From Oscillospiraceae bacterium (lineage in GTDB: Bacteria > Bacillota > Clostridia > Monoglobales > WRAG01), in assembly GCA_009780345.1 (NCBI GenBank), contig WRAG01000010.1:251-64250 (forward strand): a stretch of 64,000 nt of DNA, in the 5' to 3' direction. Each line of letters opens with the position of its first letter. Position 1 is the stretch's first letter. The translations under genes were made by a program, and so were the position numbers. The notes beneath the pieces are model-generated. The model was not told where the DNA came from. It worked only from the letters and a program-made list of their open reading frames with translations, and did not search any database. Below are positions 18,504-28,506 of the stretch, piece after piece.

Positions 18504-19232
18504 TTAAGGTGTTTCCTCAATATCCGCTGCCGTTTGGGCAAGCGAATCGTCCGTCTTCGCTTCTTTTCTCTTTGCTTTGATATGTCCAACCCATTCTCTG
18601 ATATAAAAGAGAATATTAGAGAAAATTGACGACGCGGCGATGAAAACCGCGATTATGTTGGCGAAATACGCGTGATTGATTATATTGAAAATTCGATTTC
18701 CGATAAAACTGATCCGCATAAGATTTGTGCCTTTTAATATGTTGCCGATTATCAATCCAAGCAACGTCAGGCAAATCAGCCATTCCAGCCACGCGGAGTA
18801 GGTTCGCACTTGAAGAATATGAACCAACACAACGGTTGATATTATCGTTAAAGATGCAAACAAGCCCGCGAAAGCGTATGGCAACCATTTAGCAACATAC
18901 TTGCCTGTGCTTACCCGCCAATCGAGATAGCAGAAGACATAGTTTCGTATTGCCGCGAGCCCGAAAAGCAGGGTTAGCGTATAGTTTTCCAAGAAAAACG
19001 CGGATAAAACTAAATACGCGCTGAAAGTACCCACAAGGAACATCATTCTTACTTTGTTTTTCACCTGCCACGACCAAAACGAAAATATAAACGAAATAAA
19101 CGCGAAAACTTGGCTTACAATCCAGTGCGTAAGCGGAACATATAATTGAAAAGTTAGAACAGACCAACCAAAAAAAGGACCTAATGTGCCGTATGGCGCG
19201 ACATTAGACGCAATGTACTCCATGTACTCCAT
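18504..19232 (-). CDS. Polytopic membrane protein, possibly YgjV-like
   Basis: About 6 TM helices with a Lys-rich C-terminus. The family assignment is weak. Confidence 0.5.
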   Translation of the reverse strand: MEYMEYIASNVAPYGTLGPFFGWSVLTFQLYVPLTHWIVSQVFAFISFIFSFWSWQVKNKVRMMFLVGTFSAYLVLSAFFLENYTLTLLFGLAAIRNYVFCYLDWRVSTGKYVAKWLPYAFAGLFASLTIISTVVLVHILQVRTYSAWLEWLICLTLLGLIIGNILKGTNLMRISFIGNRIFNIINHAYFANIIAVFIAASSIFSNILFYIREWVGHIKAKRKEAKTDDSLAQTAADIEETP

Positions 19233-19470
19233 GATTTAACCTCCGGTTCAGTTAATTCTATGTTTCATATAGAAAGTATAACAGAAAACATCCGCCTATG
19301 CAATACTAAATTTTCATTTCCGCGTCGTGATTTAAAATAAGATTTCGCGCTTGCGGCGAAATCTCGCGCCGCGGCGCGATGGTTTTTTTCATGCGCGCTG
19401 TGTGTGCGTCGCCCCTGCGAGGCTTTTTGCTTTATAGGAAATGAGCAATTTCCTATAAAGCAAAAAATGA

Positions 19471-19499
19471 TTGTCATTCGGGGCGAATCGTGCTATAAT
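19471..19499 (+). promoter_or_regulatory. Promoter of the sortase gene
   Basis: TTGTCA, 17-nt spacer, TATAAT. It is preceded by a 14-bp-stem hairpin (gctttataggaaat..atttcctataaagc). Confidence 0.65.
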
Positions 19500-19534
19500 T
19501 ACAATATAATATGCGAACGATAGCGAGGTGCGCA

Positions 19535-20275
19535 ATGAAGTCGGAGAATGTTAATAAAATCAAAATTAGACGCAAATCGTGGCGTTGGTTTGTGCTTTTG
19601 ACGATGTTTGCAATCGGGCTTGCTCTTGTTATTTTTGCCGCACGAGAGTTGTGGGTCGGTATGCGCGACGACGCTGCCGCGCAAGCGGAGTATGAGCAAC
19701 TACGCGAATTGAGCGCTAACATAGTCAACGCCGAAGAACCTGCCATCCTAACACAGGAGCAAATTGCGGCTTTGTTGCGCGTTTTTTCGGAAATAAATCC
19801 GGATTTTGTAGGTTGGATTACTATCCCCGGCACGACGGTGGATTATCCTATCGTGCGGGGGGCGGATAATGCAAGGTATTTGAACACTACTTTTAGCGGA
19901 GCTTCAAATCCTGCGGGCGCGATATTTATGGATTATCGCGCCATTTACGGTTTCAAAGCGCCGGCAAGTTTGATTCACGGGCATAATATGCGTGACGGTT
20001 CGATGTTCGCGCCGCTTGTGAATTATATGAACCGGGAATTTATGGATAATTATCCGGAAATTATTATTCTGACGAAGTATGGTGAACGGCTGGTTTATCG
20101 TGTTGTAAAGGTGCGGCGAACCGACGCGTGGGACGATGTATACGCGCTTGATTTTAATAATGCGGAAGCGGCGGAGTTCTTAGAGCATTCTGACGCCGAA
20201 CGAGTTCTAATATTATCAACCTGCCTCGGCGGCGCCGACCGCAATGCGCGTTTGCTGATATTCGCCGCGCAATAA
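19535..20275 (+). CDS. srtB: Class B sortase
   Basis: N-terminal TM anchor. INPDFVGWITIPGTTVDYPIV, catalytic His context LIHGHNM, and Cys context ILSTC. An alternative start is at 19511. Confidence 0.8.
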   Translation: MKSENVNKIKIRRKSWRWFVLLTMFAIGLALVIFAARELWVGMRDDAAAQAEYEQLRELSANIVNAEEPAILTQEQIAALLRVFSEINPDFVGWITIPGTTVDYPIVRGADNARYLNTTFSGASNPAGAIFMDYRAIYGFKAPASLIHGHNMRDGSMFAPLVNYMNREFMDNYPEIIILTKYGERLVYRVVKVRRTDAWDDVYALDFNNAEAAEFLEHSDAERVLILSTCLGGADRNARLLIFAAQ

Positions 20276-20301
20276 CCACTAATTCATATAAGAATTAAAG
20301 A

Positions 20302-20330
20302 TTGACAGTCCGCAAGTCTGCCTTTATAAT
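20302..20330 (+). promoter_or_regulatory. Hybrid promoter formed at the left junction of MITE copy 2
   Basis: TTGACA in the flank (20302-20307), exactly 17 nt, then TATAAT supplied by the repeat terminus (20325-20330). It points into the repeat and toward the ABC-F gene. Confidence 0.4.
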
Positions 20331-20514
20331 AGGTACTGCATGTAGAAACGCTTGCATTTCTACCGCAAAATCTTTGATTTTGCGTATTGAATTTGAAAAA
20401 TTCAAGCAATGCCTATTGTGAGAGGCATGTAAAAATTTTCAATGAAAATTTTTGGCGGCGTTTTGCGCCGCGGCGAAATAGTTTTGCTATTTCGACAACA
20501 CACTCTCATTATAA
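20324..20514 (+). repeat. 191-bp structured MITE-like repeat, copy 2
   Basis: Same termini and hairpin set as copy 1. It sits inside the loop of a flanking hairpin (caagtctgcct .. aggcagacttg). Confidence 0.85.
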
Positions 20515-20567
20515 TTATTAAATAGGCAGACTTGTCTGTTATCGAACTATAATTTGGAGGGGTTTTA

Positions 20568-22484
20568 GTGTTACTGATGTGTTCCGATTTGAAAAAGTCA
20601 TTTGGCGTTGATGAAATTCTCACCAACGTTTCGTTTATATTAGAAGATCGCGAAAAAGCGGCGTTGGTCGGCGTCAACGGAGCAGGAAAAACATCGATAT
20701 TTCGTATGCTGACAGGTGAATGGCAACCGGACGGAGGCTCCATTACACGCGCAACCGGTTTGCAAATCGGATATTTGCCGCAGACAACAAGTTATGCCGG
20801 CCAACATACAATGTATGACGAACTTGATTCGGTGTTCGAGCCTCTGCGGCAAACCGAACGGTTAATGCGAGAGTTGGAGCGGGATATGTCAACGCAATCC
20901 GGTAACGAACTTGAAGCGACCATGAAAAAGTATGACAAGCTTACGGCGGAGTTTGAGAAAAAACGCGGGTTCGAGATTCAAAGCCGAATTCGCGGCACGC
21001 TTAAAGGTTTAGGCTTCACCGAAAGTCAATGGCAACAACCTATGCAAGAACTTTCAGGCGGGCAGCGAACCCGCGTTGCGTTAGGCAAGTTATTGCTGAC
21101 CGAGCCGGATTTACTGTTGCTCGACGAGCCTACGAACCATTTGGATATCGAGAGTATAATTTGGCTGGAAGAATATTTGCAGAGCTATGACGGCGGAGTT
21201 TTGATTATCTCTCATGATCGCTATTTCTTAGACAAAACGACGACAAAAACCATCGAAATCGAGAACAAAAAATCGACCGTTTATAACGGCAACTACAGTT
21301 TTTACACCGCCCAAAAAGCAATCAATCGCGAAACAGCACAGCGGCAGTTCGATGACCAGCAAAAGGAAATCAAACGGCAGGAAGCGGCAATAAAAACCAT
21401 ACGTTCGTTTAAAACCGAAGCCGCGCTTATCCGCGCGAAAAGCCGTGAAAAGCTGTTGGACAAAATGGAACGCGTTGACGCGCCGGAGATTTTGCCCGAC
21501 CAAATTCGCATAAATCTTACACCAAAAACGCAGACAGGCAAGGATGTTTTAAGCATCGACGCACTGTCTATGGCGTTTGACGACAAGGAGCTATTCGAAA
21601 ATGTATCATTCGAACTTAAAAAGGGCGACAAAACCGTACTGGTCGGCCCGAATGGTGTCGGCAAGACAACTTTGTTTAAAATCATACTCGGCAAGCACGA
21701 ACCGAAATCGGGAACTATCCGCGAAGGCGCGAATTTGCATATAGGTTACTACGACCAGGTTAATCAAAATTTGACGCTTGAGAAAACCATTTTCGACGAC
21801 TTGGCGGATACATATCCAACGTTGACGCAAACCGAAATTCGCAATGTTCTGGGCGCGTTCCTGTTCTCAGGCGATGATGTTTTCAAGCCGATTTCTATGC
21901 TAAGCGGCGGCGAACGAGGACGTGTTTCGATGGCGAAAATTATATTGGGCGGCGCGAACCTACTAATCCTTGACGAGCCGACAAACCACCTTGATATGTT
22001 CTCAAAAAACGTTATGGAGCAGGCTCTACGAAACTTCCCCGGCACGATTTTGTGCATTTCCCACGACCGTTATTTTATCAACAATATCGCAACCAAAATT
22101 TTGGAAATGAACCCAAGCTGCATAACGGAATACGCCGGAAATTACGATGATTACTACGCCGAGAAGCAGAAACGAGCGAACAGAGTTGAAGACTTCGCAA
22201 TGTCGCCTGCCGAATCTAAGCCGCAGTCAACGGCGAAAAACGAATGGCAGCGTAAAAAGGAGATGGAATCGTTAGAGCGCAAGCGAAAGTCGCGAATTGA
22301 GCGGTTAGAGAATTCCATCAAGGAAGTCGAAGAAAAAATCGCCGACCGCGACGCGCGACTCGCGCAAGACGAAGTCGGACGAAACGCCGAATTGGCAATG
22401 GAATTGTTGGAAGAGAAGTATGAACTTGAGGAGCGATTGTTGGAATTATATACAGAGCATATGGAAATAATGTCGGAAATATGA
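20568..22484 (+). CDS. ABC-F family ATPase (Uup/YdiF-like translation-associated type, no TM domain)
   Basis: Two cassettes: GVNGAGKTS / LSGGQRTRVAL / LLLLDEPTNHLD and GPNGVGKTT / LSGGERGRVSM / LLILDEPTNHLD. A charged linker and a C-terminal coiled coil are present. Confidence 0.85.
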   Translation: MLLMCSDLKKSFGVDEILTNVSFILEDREKAALVGVNGAGKTSIFRMLTGEWQPDGGSITRATGLQIGYLPQTTSYAGQHTMYDELDSVFEPLRQTERLMRELERDMSTQSGNELEATMKKYDKLTAEFEKKRGFEIQSRIRGTLKGLGFTESQWQQPMQELSGGQRTRVALGKLLLTEPDLLLLDEPTNHLDIESIIWLEEYLQSYDGGVLIISHDRYFLDKTTTKTIEIENKKSTVYNGNYSFYTAQKAINRETAQRQFDDQQKEIKRQEAAIKTIRSFKTEAALIRAKSREKLLDKMERVDAPEILPDQIRINLTPKTQTGKDVLSIDALSMAFDDKELFENVSFELKKGDKTVLVGPNGVGKTTLFKIILGKHEPKSGTIREGANLHIGYYDQVNQNLTLEKTIFDDLADTYPTLTQTEIRNVLGAFLFSGDDVFKPISMLSGGERGRVSMAKIILGGANLLILDEPTNHLDMFSKNVMEQALRNFPGTILCISHDRYFINNIATKILEMNPSCITEYAGNYDDYYAEKQKRANRVEDFAMSPAESKPQSTAKNEWQRKKEMESLERKRKSRIERLENSIKEVEEKIADRDARLAQDEVGRNAELAMELLEEKYELEERLLELYTEHMEIMSEI

Positions 22485-22638
22485 CAAAAAACTTAAAAAT
22501 AAGCGGTAATTCTTTAAAAAGATGTTGCTTTTTGCCGGAATTCATGTTATTATAATGGTATAATATACACAATATGTAATAATGTGTGAAATCTAAGTAT
22601 TATTCAACTTATGAAAGTCAGAAGGGTAGGGATTATTT

Positions 22639-25600
22639 ATGAAAAAATTTGCATTTTTAATGGCTTTGATTTTTATTTTGGGGCTGCTTCCAATCAGCGG
22701 TGTCTATGTTAGCGCTGCTACCAGTATTAGTGATTTCACGATAATACCGGGTGAGGCTCATGATGTCGATTGGTCGGAAATTTATGATACCCTAAGACCC
22801 GGGCAAATTTGGACGGACAAATCTGTTTACTACCCGCAAGATTCGCTGACTGATGATTATGACGGAACGGTTGTCATTACCATTTACGTATGGGGCAGGC
22901 CTTACATGACCGAAAGCGGCGATTACGGAATGTTGGGTGGTAACCAAGAGGTAACAATCACCACTCAAATCGGCGATTTTCAACTTGAGGATTCTGTTTA
23001 TCCGGCAGGCGTTACTTTTTTGGAAGCCGCGAACGGAGTATTGCAATGGAGTATTCCTGAAGCGCTTATTACGGACCCCGACGAACCGTTAGCGGTACAT
23101 TTTTATCTTTATTTGGAAGATCGAGCAAATTGGCTGACAAATTTTTGGTATTCGACCAGCGGTTCATTCCTTGAAGTAAAGTTTGAGCCCGGGCTTGACA
23201 ATCCATACTACTGGACAACCGAAGAGGTTACATACAACGCGTTCGACGCGCCCACCATGAACTGGAACAACGGAACCGGACTCAACAGCGGAACGATTGT
23301 AGATAATGTTTTAGGCATAACCTTATCTTTCGGCAAAAACGCAAGCCCCGCTAATCAAACCGCGGCTTCCGTTCCTTGGGCAAACACAACTTATCGGAAT
23401 AATTACTGGGCTCAAAACGCCTTAGTTGTAGGTCGCCCTCAGCCATATTATTGGCATTTGTATTGGGTTAGAACCACTCCGAAGATATACATATTTACTG
23501 TGCACGGGTTAGTCACCGATGTTGACGGTACTGCGATTGATGTCGTTTATGAAATCTCGCTAGGCGGAATGGGCGGGAACTCTCCCGTGGCAGGAAGCAG
23601 AACAATTACAAGTGATGTGTATTTTAGAAGAACTTTTGTCGAAGGCGATCCGACTCAACTTTTCCACTGGGACGAAGAAGGATTCTTGGTTTACAGCACG
23701 CCGTTAATCGCGCAAATTATGCTGATTGACGAAGAATCGACGCATGACGTTTATTTCGGCTCTTTGATAATTGAAAAAGAATTTCCGCCCGATGGAGAAG
23801 ATTGGCGCCACCTTGATTGGGACGTAGATGATGAAACGCTATTTACCGTAAGGCTTAAAACTGACAACGATTTCTATGTAGTGCTCGAAGAAGGTCTTGC
23901 GCAAAATGAATTCCACTTCGACGGATTTACCGATAGACCGGAACTTGCGACCACAATTACTTTTTCGGTAGATGTTCCCGCTATCATTGAAGATTTGCCA
24001 AGGTATATGTCAGATGATGACGCCGCCAATAATATTCCGATATTGTATTCGGTACATGAATTTTTTGAAGGATTCTTCGAACCGAGAGATTGGCCGCTTG
24101 TTTACGAGCGGATTAATGTTTACTATTCTTTAGATTATGAAGAATTTTATCCGGAACCGCCCTCGTTCGAAATTATAAGTGAGGAATATAGAACCATCAC
24201 TATATTGAATAAATTTGAACACGGTATCGGATTTTTAGAAGTTTATAAACTTATGGACGGTTTCCCCGCCGATTGGGACGTGGATTATGATACCGTATTT
24301 TACATCCGCATTTGGGATGTATATGCGCAAAACTATTTGCTGTTCGACGCCGATCGTGAATTTGAACCCGGTTCGCCGTTTTACGGCACCATTTGGTGTA
24401 TCGGTAACCACGAAATCGGATTAACCGAGCCGCACGAAGGCCGCGTAATGATGGAAATTCCGATTAGCCGTAACCAACCCGTTCGGCTTTCGAACTTATG
24501 GACGTGGGGTAGTTATCAAGTCGTTGAAGTGCGTCAAGCAGACGCGGTGTTCCCGCAAGAGACCCAAGATCCGTTACTTGATCCTGATTGGATATATTTT
24601 TGGGATAACATCGCCGACCGCACGCCATTTTACCTGCGAACGCCGGCAGAATGGGCGGAAAGCTTTGCTTGGTTGCAAAATCGCATTGACAATGATTGGA
24701 CGGAAATCCGACAAGTCGTAACTGACGCCGAGTGGCACGCGGTGCCGATAGATGAGTGGTTTTGGGGCGTTATATATTCAGAAAACAACTTCACGACCTG
24801 TGACGATCCTTATTGCGATAATCAATACTGCGATGATCCCGATCACGATTGGAGCAATAGATTACATTTTAACCAAACCATTATTACAACAGTAACCAAT
24901 CGTTTCAAATTCCATTGCGGAACTTTGGTGTTCACTAAAGATCTTTGCGATAATGCCGCGGCTTGGGGAGTAGATGGAGATACTTCATTCTTCGCGCGGG
25001 TCAGAGCGGACGACGGCAGAATTTTAGTATTCGTTCCTGACGGCGATGACTTCCGAGTGATTGGATATATAGAATATAATGACGGTGTTTTCGGCACTTA
25101 TCAGGTTCTCTGCCCTGTCGGTGGAGCGAATCCGCCGGGACAACATATGATCGGCAACAGCCTTTTGCCCGGCAATCACTCGACGATCATTGAATTCAGC
25201 GCGAATTCTTCGACAAGACTTATAGAAGTGCCTTCATATCCGTTTGGATTTGATATTTATTACACGATTGAAGAAGCTTTCCCGTTCGGAGAGCCTCTCG
25301 GTTTCTTGGATAGTGAATATTTTATGGGAGAAGACGAAATTCCCGCCGGCGGGTTTATAGTTCCTCACGGTGAAACTATAGATATAACGATTCGCAATAC
25401 TTTCGAGCCGGGGAACGGAGAATTCATCATTTTCAAGGAATTAGCAGGTGAGTATGCGGCGTGGGATGTGGATGATACAACCGAATTCTTCGCGATTGTT
25501 GAGCGAGATAGTGATGAAGAACTTTTATACTTCATTTTTGACGCGGAGGAAGAAGTATTTGTGTATGTAAACGCGAATCCGACTTATTTTACAATCCCTG

Positions 25601-28344
25601 AAGGTGAGCCGCAAGCCGTTATTCCGTTTTCGGTAGAAAATCCGGCTGTTTTGGTGGGACTTAGCACTGACCACACCAATTATACGGTTTCTGAGGTAGG
25701 TAGTGACGGCGATCCGCTTGGCACCATTGCCGAAATCGGTTTTGTGGCAAATGTTGTCGGACCTGCTGTTAGTGGTTACAATTTACTTGTAACGATTACA
25801 AACAGATTTTACCCGCGGCCTAACATACCGACTTTCGGTGTAATCTATGACGGCAACGAAAACACAGGCGGCGAAGTTCCCGAGGATGACAACGAATATC
25901 TCGCCGGCGCGACTGTAACGGTGCTGGGTAACGCGGGAACTCCGCCTCTTACTCGAACCGGACATATTTTTATCGGTTGGAATACTCAAGCGGACGGTGG
26001 CGGCACGCCATATGTGGCTGGAGAAACATTCTTAATGCCTGCCAGATATGTTACGCTTTACGCGGAGTGGAAGCCTTTATTTACAGTAACCTACGACGGC
26101 AACGGCAACACCGGCGGCGATGTTACGATTGACGATAACGATTATATCGCCGGCGCAACCGTAACTGTATTAGGCAACGTTGCGCCTACCCCTCTAATCC
26201 GAACCAACTATAATTTTATCGGTTGGAATACTCAAGCGGACGGCGGCGGCACGCAATATGCTGCGGGAGAAACGTTCTTAATGCCTAACCGAAACGTTAC
26301 ACTTTACGCGCAATGGGAAAACATATACACCCCACCTACATTTACGGTAACTTACAACGGTAACGGCAACACCGGCGGTTCTGCCCCTGTTGACGATAAC
26401 GAATATAATACAGGCGCAATCGTAACCGTATTAGGCAACACCGCGCACGCGCCATTGGTTCGAACTAATTACGTTTTCGCGGGTTGGAACACACGACGCA
26501 ACGGAAGCGGCACGCAATACGCGGCAGGAGCTACGTTTACAATGCCTCCTCGAAACGTTACGCTTTACGCTCAATGGTATCCGGAAGATACATTTAACGT
26601 AATTTACGACGGCAACGGCGGGAATACAACAGGCACACCGCCGGCTGACTTGAACGATTACTACGGCGGAACTTTGGTAACCGTACTTGGTTCAGGTACA
26701 ATGAGCAATCCTAACTATGAGTTTATAGGTTGGAATACCGAGCCCAACGGTTCAGGCACGCACTTTAATATTGGTGATGATTTTGTGATGCCGTATGAGG
26801 ATGTTACGCTTTACGCTCAATGGTCGGCATACCCGACTTTTGAGGTGATTTATGTATCAACTCTGCATACAAGCGGTGTTGCTCCTGTTGATCCAAATAG
26901 ATACCTTGAGGGCGCGACGGTAACGGTAAGAAATCGAAACACACTCGCGCGAACCGATTGGGACTTTATCGGCTGGAGAAGCGACGACGGAACACTTTAC
27001 AAAATCGGCGATACTTTTGAAATGCCTGCTCGAAACGTTCGCTTAACCGCGGAATGGGCAGAACCGCCGACTTATACTATCACTTATGACGCAAATGATA
27101 ATGATGGCGGCTCGGCGTTCCAAGGAATCCTTCCGATTGACGAAAACCGTTATTTGCCGGGAAGTACTGCGACAGTAAGAGATCGAAATGACGCTCTCGG
27201 AATACCGCCTATTTCCAGATTAGGTTATACCTTAATTGGCTGGAATACCGCGTCCGACGGTTCAGGAGATTCCTTCGAACACGGTAACAGTTTGGTTATG
27301 CCTGCCGGAAATGTTACACTTTACGCGCAATGGCGGCGTAACAGCCATTCGCTGATTTACGACGCGAACGGCGGAACGGGAACACCGCCCGTTGACAACG
27401 GGAGTTATGCGGGCGACGGCTATGAAACTGTTGTAATACAAGACCAAGGCGAATTGCTTAGAGATCGGCACAGATTTATCGGCTGGAATACCGAGCCTGA
27501 CGGCAGCGGCGAGTGGTTCCAACCGGACGACACACTTACAATGCCCGATTCGGACGTAACGCTTTACGCGCAGTGGGAACATTTAGGCACTCCGCCTCCA
27601 CCACCTCCACCGGGACCGGGTTGGCGCCCGCCTCCTTCTTATGTTCCGATAAGACCAATACCGCCGCCTACCGCGAAAGACTTTTTCGTTGACGACCATA
27701 TTTGGTATATCCGCGGGTACGAGAATACCGAAATCAGACCGAACAACAACATCACCCGTGCGGAAATCGCAATGGTATTTTATCGTTTGCTAAGACCGGA
27801 ATTAAGGAATTTTACGCCGTATAATCCGTTTAACGATATAAACGGTGACGAATGGTTCGGGCTTGCGGTTGCTACGCTTGCGTATTACAACGTGTTCACC
27901 GGATATGAGGACGGGAATTTTGAACCTCATTCGCTTATTACAAGAAGAGAGTTCGCGGCAGTTGTTTCACGATTCGAGTATTTGGTTGCAACTAACGAAA
28001 ACCCATATAGCGACGTAGATTCGAACGACTGGGCGCGCAATTATATCCTTTCGGCAACCCAAAAAGGTTGGTTTGTCGGACACGGCGGAATGTTCAGACC
28101 GTCAGACAATCTTACTCGCGCCGAGCTTGTAACCGCTGTGAATCGCGTTCTTAATCGGCATATCTTGCTTGAAGATATTCCTGATGATGTGTTTAATTTC
28201 CCTGATTTAGACCGCACGCATTGGGCGTACGCGGCGTTCATGGAAGCCACACACACTCACGAGTTCGAAAGAAACGCCGACGGCAGAAATGAAACATGGA
28301 CAGAAATTTTAGGAACAGGTTTAGACGCGGCATATAACCAATAA
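22639..28344 (+). CDS. 1901-aa SLH-anchored surface protein: N-terminal domain, four prealbumin-like beta-sandwich modules, 7 Flg_new repeats, a poly-Pro linker and 3 SLH repeats
   Basis: Signal peptide. Repeated module signature (IIEKEFPPDGEDW.., LEVYKLMDGFPADW.., LVFTKDLCDNAAAW.., IIFKELAGEYAAW..). Seven units ending LYA[EQ]W between about 25830 and 27585. Linker PPPPPPPGPGWRPPP. SLH motifs with ITRAE / ITRRE / LTRAE. Confidence 0.85.
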   Translation: MKKFAFLMALIFILGLLPISGVYVSAATSISDFTIIPGEAHDVDWSEIYDTLRPGQIWTDKSVYYPQDSLTDDYDGTVVITIYVWGRPYMTESGDYGMLGGNQEVTITTQIGDFQLEDSVYPAGVTFLEAANGVLQWSIPEALITDPDEPLAVHFYLYLEDRANWLTNFWYSTSGSFLEVKFEPGLDNPYYWTTEEVTYNAFDAPTMNWNNGTGLNSGTIVDNVLGITLSFGKNASPANQTAASVPWANTTYRNNYWAQNALVVGRPQPYYWHLYWVRTTPKIYIFTVHGLVTDVDGTAIDVVYEISLGGMGGNSPVAGSRTITSDVYFRRTFVEGDPTQLFHWDEEGFLVYSTPLIAQIMLIDEESTHDVYFGSLIIEKEFPPDGEDWRHLDWDVDDETLFTVRLKTDNDFYVVLEEGLAQNEFHFDGFTDRPELATTITFSVDVPAIIEDLPRYMSDDDAANNIPILYSVHEFFEGFFEPRDWPLVYERINVYYSLDYEEFYPEPPSFEIISEEYRTITILNKFEHGIGFLEVYKLMDGFPADWDVDYDTVFYIRIWDVYAQNYLLFDADREFEPGSPFYGTIWCIGNHEIGLTEPHEGRVMMEIPISRNQPVRLSNLWTWGSYQVVEVRQADAVFPQETQDPLLDPDWIYFWDNIADRTPFYLRTPAEWAESFAWLQNRIDNDWTEIRQVVTDAEWHAVPIDEWFWGVIYSENNFTTCDDPYCDNQYCDDPDHDWSNRLHFNQTIITTVTNRFKFHCGTLVFTKDLCDNAAAWGVDGDTSFFARVRADDGRILVFVPDGDDFRVIGYIEYNDGVFGTYQVLCPVGGANPPGQHMIGNSLLPGNHSTIIEFSANSSTRLIEVPSYPFGFDIYYTIEEAFPFGEPLGFLDSEYFMGEDEIPAGGFIVPHGETIDITIRNTFEPGNGEFIIFKELAGEYAAWDVDDTTEFFAIVERDSDEELLYFIFDAEEEVFVYVNANPTYFTIPEGEPQAVIPFSVENPAVLVGLSTDHTNYTVSEVGSDGDPLGTIAEIGFVANVVGPAVSGYNLLVTITNRFYPRPNIPTFGVIYDGNENTGGEVPEDDNEYLAGATVTVLGNAGTPPLTRTGHIFIGWNTQADGGGTPYVAGETFLMPARYVTLYAEWKPLFTVTYDGNGNTGGDVTIDDNDYIAGATVTVLGNVAPTPLIRTNYNFIGWNTQADGGGTQYAAGETFLMPNRNVTLYAQWENIYTPPTFTVTYNGNGNTGGSAPVDDNEYNTGAIVTVLGNTAHAPLVRTNYVFAGWNTRRNGSGTQYAAGATFTMPPRNVTLYAQWYPEDTFNVIYDGNGGNTTGTPPADLNDYYGGTLVTVLGSGTMSNPNYEFIGWNTEPNGSGTHFNIGDDFVMPYEDVTLYAQWSAYPTFEVIYVSTLHTSGVAPVDPNRYLEGATVTVRNRNTLARTDWDFIGWRSDDGTLYKIGDTFEMPARNVRLTAEWAEPPTYTITYDANDNDGGSAFQGILPIDENRYLPGSTATVRDRNDALGIPPISRLGYTLIGWNTASDGSGDSFEHGNSLVMPAGNVTLYAQWRRNSHSLIYDANGGTGTPPVDNGSYAGDGYETVVIQDQGELLRDRHRFIGWNTEPDGSGEWFQPDDTLTMPDSDVTLYAQWEHLGTPPPPPPPGPGWRPPPSYVPIRPIPPPTAKDFFVDDHIWYIRGYENTEIRPNNNITRAEIAMVFYRLLRPELRNFTPYNPFNDINGDEWFGLAVATLAYYNVFTGYEDGNFEPHSLITRREFAAVVSRFEYLVATNENPYSDVDSNDWARNYILSATQKGWFVGHGGMFRPSDNLTRAELVTAVNRVLNRHILLEDIPDDVFNFPDLDRTHWAYAAFMEATHTHEFERNADGRNETWTEILGTGLDAAYNQ

Positions 28345-28356
28345 TTGAAAATAAAC

Positions 28357-28392
28357 AACACGGTAAAATTTTATTTTACCGTGTTATTTTTT
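28357..28392 (+). terminator. Rho-independent terminator
   Basis: aacacggtaaaat-ttt-attttaccgtgtt followed by a T-run. Confidence 0.85.
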
Positions 28393-28506
28393 GTTCAGAA
28401 AACACGCTTGCTTTTCAAATTTATTATTGACTTTTGTTGAAAATAGTGATATAGTTATTAAGGTTTATACCTTTATTTATCAAAAATTTAAAAAGGAGCG
28501 TTAAAA

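Noticed and set aside
20402-20743. Minus-strand ORFs crossing the MITE copies (4145..4402, 20402..20743, 45235..45639) share the peptide ..IIIMRVCCRNSK.ISPRRKTPPKIF.ENFY.. This raised the idea of a small conserved protein encoded by the repeat.
   Set aside because: The frames enter and leave the element at different points and continue into unrelated flanking or antisense coding sequence. No RBS or start is conserved. The conserved stretch coincides with hairpin stems, so a structured DNA or RNA element explains it better.
25830-27585. Regularly spaced ~230-nt repeats here, and also at 46470..50840, were checked as possible CRISPR-like or satellite arrays.
   Set aside because: They are in-frame protein repeats (Flg_new units ending LYAQW) within long ORFs. 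They are diverged at the DNA level and show no spacer/repeat architecture. No cas genes are present in the window.
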